From: an uncultured Gemmatimonadota bacterium
GTDB taxonomy: Bacteria > SM23-81 > DAOVCL01
Direction of reading: 5' to 3'
DNA length: 64,000 nt
Assembly (NCBI GenBank): GCA_964626665.1
Contig: CAZVGK010000008.1
Location: 1 to 64,000 of the forward strand
Every line of letters starts with the position of its first letter. Positions within the stretch are counted from its first letter, which is position 1. Shown here one piece after another: positions 59,959-64,000 of the stretch. Below the pieces are notes generated by a model. The model made no database searches, was not told the DNA's origin, and saw only the letters and a program-made list of their open reading frames with translations. The position numbers and the translations under genes are program-made.

Positions 59959-60197
59959 GTTCAAGTGAAAAGAGGCCCCATGTCAAAGTTTGGCCTTATG
60001 CTATCGGTAAATTAGAAAACGGGAACCGTAGAATGGGTGTAATAGACAAAACTCATATTGTTCGATTGTGGAAAGCTCAACCGAAGGGGAAATCAGAAAT
60101 CACCTCGGAGGGAGATAACGATCCCAAGCTGGTTAATAACCCCACTTCACACCTGCCTCGACCTGAAGCGAAGAGGGGGCTAAGGGACTATATCAAG

Positions 60198-61523
60198 ATG
60201 GTGCATATCTTGATTGTCTCACTGTTGATCGAGTTGACCATCCCAGCATATGCTTACTCGCAAGGACAGCTTCCCCCTAAGCCCCAGTCCATGGCCCAAG
60301 ATTCCTTAACCTTAAATCAATGTATTGACATCGCCCTGAGAAATTCCCCTCAGGTGGCCATCACCAAGGGGAATATAAGCAAAGCCAAGATAAATCTAAG
60401 AGATGCCCAGTCCGGGTTTTTGCCCCAGGTTAACCTTTCGGGAGGATACGGGATTAATAACCTGAACAACAGGTTTGCCTGGGATGAAAAGCACTACAGC
60501 CTCTCCCTTTCTGCATCTATGAATCCCTTTGCCAGTGGGAAGAAGCTAATAAATGTTGCCAAGTCGAAGACATCCCTATCCTCAGTGCGAGAAGGCTATC
60601 GCCTCACCAAGGCTTCCTTAGTCCTCGAGGTGACCAGGAAATATTACAGCTTGCTCAAAGCAGAGGAGCTTTTGGGGCTTAAAATACAGAGTTTAAACCA
60701 AAGAAGAACACACCTGGACTTCGCGCAGACCCAGTATGGCCTGGGGCTTGTGCCCAGGGCCGACGTTTTGAAGGCAGAGGTGGATCTGGCCTCAGCCCAG
60801 GTTGATTCCTTGCAGGCCGTGGGCAATTTGGGATTAGCCAGGGCAGAACTGAATGATAAGCTGGGCCTAAGCTTAGACTATCCCGTTGAGGTTAAATCAG
60901 TTAAATTAGCCAAGGCTCCTCCCTCTGATCTGGACAGTTGCCTAACCCAAGCCCTGGCCCATCGTCCGGAACTTGCCCAACAGAGGTTAAACCTGTCGAT
61001 CATGAAGGACAACTTGAAGCTGGCGGAGATAGACAGATTGCCACTTTTCACCCTTAAAGGCAGTTACAATGTTTATGCAGACAGATTTGTCTTCGGTGGG
61101 GTCCCTCTCAACCACGAGAATTGGGAAAGGAACAGGGATTGGCAGGTTGGCCTTGGACTGAGCTTCCCCATATTCGACGGTGGAGTAGGGTGCCGGGCAA
61201 TTCAAGGGGCAAAGATAGGGATAAATGAGGCCAAGCTCAATTACGAGGAACTGGAGAGGGGGGTGAAGTTGGAGGTGAAATCAGCGCACCTCAATCTGGT
61301 CACTTCACTCAAAAGGATAGAGCTTACGGATAAACAGGTGAAGAGCGCAAGGGAAAGCTACGAGGTGGCGTTAGGAAGATATAAGACTGGGGTTGCTCCC
61401 ATAACCGAGGTAATCGATGCGGAAGTGGCCCTCACCAGCAGCAAGGTAAACCACATTAGCGCAATCTACGATTACCTCTTAGCAAAGACTACCTTGCAGA
61501 AAGCTATGGATAAGCTATTTTAA
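60198..61523 (+). CDS. TolC-family outer membrane efflux protein
   Basis: LTLNQCIDIALRNSP, LSFPIFDGG, RYKTG, YDYLLA; likely start 60198. Confidence 0.9.
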   Translation: MVHILIVSLLIELTIPAYAYSQGQLPPKPQSMAQDSLTLNQCIDIALRNSPQVAITKGNISKAKINLRDAQSGFLPQVNLSGGYGINNLNNRFAWDEKHYSLSLSASMNPFASGKKLINVAKSKTSLSSVREGYRLTKASLVLEVTRKYYSLLKAEELLGLKIQSLNQRRTHLDFAQTQYGLGLVPRADVLKAEVDLASAQVDSLQAVGNLGLARAELNDKLGLSLDYPVEVKSVKLAKAPPSDLDSCLTQALAHRPELAQQRLNLSIMKDNLKLAEIDRLPLFTLKGSYNVYADRFVFGGVPLNHENWERNRDWQVGLGLSFPIFDGGVGCRAIQGAKIGINEAKLNYEELERGVKLEVKSAHLNLVTSLKRIELTDKQVKSARESYEVALGRYKTGVAPITEVIDAEVALTSSKVNHISAIYDYLLAKTTLQKAMDKLF

Positions 61524-61592
61524 TGACTTCCAGGAGTTACTTGCCGAAAAGGGGCAACAGTTCCTCGGCCCTGATTTCGGTGAGCCAATTGA

Positions 61593-63038
61593 ATGGTTGA
61601 AAGGGAGGTATCGATGAGAAAAAGGCTGTATATTATCCTCGGTGGCGTTGTCGCCATCGTAGTGGGATTTGTCATCTATAGCTCCATCTGGAAAAATGGC
61701 AATAACCAGGAGCAACCGTTTAGAATCGCAGTGGTTAAGAAGGGCAGCATAGTTGTTAAAGTAACTGAAAGTGGTACAGTAGAGCCCTTAACCACCGTTG
61801 ATATAAAGTCAGATTTTGCAGGAGAAGTAAAGAAGCTTTTTATAGAAGAAGGAGACAGCGTCAAAGCAGGTGACAAGCTGGTATTGGTGCAACAAGAGTC
61901 ATCAGAGGCCCTTTCGGTAGCTTCGGCAAAGGCATCGCTTGAGCGCGCAAAACTCGATTTGGAGGACATGAAAAGGAATTTGGAACGTAAACAGGAATTG
62001 TATCAGAAAGGATTTATTGCCAAAAAGGATGTTGAGGATGCAGAGAAAGCATATGAAAATAGTAAAATCGGGTATGAACTGGCAGAGAAGCAGCTTTGGT
62101 TGCGTTTGGGAGGAGCTGAACCCACAAAAGCGCAAAGTCTTGCCTCAAAGACTTTTGAAAACATAATCATTAAGTCACCCACCTCAGGAGTAGTCATTAG
62201 TCTAAACGTTGAAGAAGGTGAGATGATTACTTCAGGAACTCGATCCTTAGGTGGCGGTGGTACCACTCTTATGACCATAGGTGATTTGAGCAAGATGATC
62301 GTGAAGGCTGACATAAACGAAGTAGATGTCAGTAAAGTAAAGTTAGGACAGCCTGTAAATATCGGATTTGATGCTATAAGAGGTAGAGTGTACCACGGTG
62401 TAGTGAAAAAGATAGCACCAGCAGGGATCATTGAGCAAAATATTGTTGTTTATCCAGTCGAGGTAGAAATCCTGGGTTCTGTAGCGGGGGAGAGCGAAGG
62501 ACCGCAGGCCGAAGGTTTTTCAGGTGATCTTAGAAAACAGGCCTTTGCCCAATTAACTGAAGAACAGCGTAATGCTATGCGTAAGGAGATGCAAAACCTG
62601 TTCCAACGGGGGGCAAGTCGTGAGGAGATCCAAAATGCAATGCAGAGAAAATTGAGGGAGTTCGGGGTGACGCCACCAGAGAGCCCACCAAGATCTGCCT
62701 CCCAATTTAGGCAGCCAACTGAGGTAGAGGGAACTGGTATCGGATTGATCAAACCCGGTATGACGGCAGACTTGGATATTATAACTGGTAGGGCTGAGGG
62801 TGTGTTGTGGGTGCCAAAGGAGGCAGTCACAAAGAGAGGCACCAGCACAATGGTGATGTTGATAAAGGATGGAAAGCCAGTTCCTCAACCAGTAGTAACA
62901 GGACTTGAGGACGATGTGAAAGTTGAGATCAAAGAGGGGGTGAAGGAAGGTGATGAAGTTCTTATTACAGGAGTCGAACGTCAAATACTGGAAGGGTCGG
63001 AGAGAGTTAGAAGCGGAGGCCCCCCAATGCATAGGTGA
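61593..63038 (+). CDS. Efflux periplasmic adaptor (MacA-like) with helical insertion
   Basis: IKSPTSGVV, ADINEVDV, IKPGMTA, VVTGL. Confidence 0.9.
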   Translation: MVEREVSMRKRLYIILGGVVAIVVGFVIYSSIWKNGNNQEQPFRIAVVKKGSIVVKVTESGTVEPLTTVDIKSDFAGEVKKLFIEEGDSVKAGDKLVLVQQESSEALSVASAKASLERAKLDLEDMKRNLERKQELYQKGFIAKKDVEDAEKAYENSKIGYELAEKQLWLRLGGAEPTKAQSLASKTFENIIIKSPTSGVVISLNVEEGEMITSGTRSLGGGGTTLMTIGDLSKMIVKADINEVDVSKVKLGQPVNIGFDAIRGRVYHGVVKKIAPAGIIEQNIVVYPVEVEILGSVAGESEGPQAEGFSGDLRKQAFAQLTEEQRNAMRKEMQNLFQRGASREEIQNAMQRKLREFGVTPPESPPRSASQFRQPTEVEGTGIGLIKPGMTADLDIITGRAEGVLWVPKEAVTKRGTSTMVMLIKDGKPVPQPVVTGLEDDVKVEIKEGVKEGDEVLITGVERQILEGSERVRSGGPPMHR

Positions 63039-63046
63039 GTGAAACT

Positions 63047-64000
63047 ATGGCTACGCTGATAAAAGCACATAACTTAACTAAAGCCTACGGCATAGGGAAA
63101 GTTGAAGTCCGGGCATTAAGAGGGCTCTCATTAGAAATTGATAGGGGTGAATTCGTATCTATCATGGGACCCTCCGGATCGGGCAAAACCACCTTAATGG
63201 ACATATTGGGATGTCTGTCCAAACCCACATCCGGAACCTACTACTTGAATGACCAAGCCACCAATGAGCTCAGTGATAACTATCTATCGGAAATCCGCAA
63301 TGAACAGCTGGGGTTTGTCTTCCAGACATTCAACCTCTTGCCCCGGTCAACGGCACTGGTTAATGTCGAGCTCCCCTTGCTTTATGCCGGGATAGGTGAG
63401 AAGGAGCGAAAGAGGAAAGCACGGGAAGCACTGGAGGCTGTGGGCCTCAAGGGGCGCGCGCATCACTATCCCAACGAGCTTTCCGGTGGTGAGCAGCAGC
63501 GGGTGGCCATTGCCAGGGCACTGGTAAACAGCCCGTCCATAATACTTGCTGATGAGCCGACGGGTAATTTGGATTCACAATCTGGTGAAGAGGTTATGTT
63601 AGTTTTCAAAAGGATGCATGAACAAGGCAAGACCATCATTATAGTAACTCATGATCCAGAGGTTGCAAAATGCGCAGATAGAATAATACAAGTAAAAGAT
63701 GGGCAGATCAAGCAAGAAGAAGTTCGAAGAAAAACGGTAGAACATACGATGGGCGCCTTGGATAAGGTTAATAAAGGAACCAGCCTCATAGGAAGCTTTG
63801 TATCCGGGTTCGCCTCTGGATATAAAGGGCTTTCATCCAACAAACTACGCTCCTCTCTCACAGTGTTGGGTATCGTTATCGGTGTGGCCGCCGTCATTGG
63901 TATGTTAGGAGTAGGCGAAGGTGCAAAGCGTCAAATTACATTACAAATAGAGAAATTGGGATCAAATGTTTTAATGGTCCATCCCAGACGCCCAGAAAGC
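63047..64000 (+). CDS. macB: MacB-like fused ABC ATPase-permease, partial
   Basis: Manual translation: [31 protein letters not shown], then [19 protein letters not shown]; open at window end. Confidence 0.9.
   Translation, partial: MATLIKAHNLTKAYGIGKVEVRALRGLSLEIDRGEFVSIMGPSGSGKTTLMDILGCLSKPTSGTYYLNDQATNELSDNYLSEIRNEQLGFVFQTFNLLPRSTALVNVELPLLYAGIGEKERKRKAREALEAVGLKGRAHHYPNELSGGEQQRVAIARALVNSPSIILADEPTGNLDSQSGEEVMLVFKRMHEQGKTIIIVTHDPEVAKCADRIIQVKDGQIKQEEVRRKTVEHTMGALDKVNKGTSLIGSFVSGFASGYKGLSSNKLRSSLTVLGIVIGVAAVIGMLGVGEGAKRQITLQIEKLGSNVLMVHPRRPES

Noticed and set aside
59964-60197. Riboswitch in the tolC leader
   Set aside because: Some hairpins but no match to a riboswitch consensus I can support

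Overview
Bacterial chromosome segment, probably from an uncultured diderm FCB-related candidate lineage (LPS heptose genes; four proteins ending in a 'NYPNPFN...SGIY...KMLLLR' FlgD-Ig/T9SS-type C-terminal domain); this taxonomic reading is inference. Layout: (1) 1-1.8 kb partial IS1634 and a broken toxin-antitoxin (TA) pair; (2) 1.9-8.8 kb glycosylation locus; (3) 9.0-20.2 kb a co-oriented array of about ten small TA/MNT-HEPN modules, many truncated, punctuated by a recurring 'GAACTTAG'-terminated element, two MITEs, an IS4 and an attC remnant; (4) 20.3-45.7 kb core genes (heptose kinase, GT9, DUF2723, nusB, rib operon, hisS-aspS-phoH-HD-ybeY-CBS, tRNA-fMet) with nested palindromic intergenic elements; (5) 45.9-64 kb secreted papain protease, then an ECF sigma/anti-sigma/Spy-like operon with a 59-aa repeat secreted protein, an AT-rich Lol-like ABC block ending in an attC-like site, an IS1182/IS5-like element and TolC-MFP-MacB. 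Best candidates for undescribed biology: the integrase-free cassette-like TA array delimited by a TSD-less GAAC/CAAG element with IS91-like ends, and the ECF regulon whose secreted repeat unit reappears inside its efflux adaptor.
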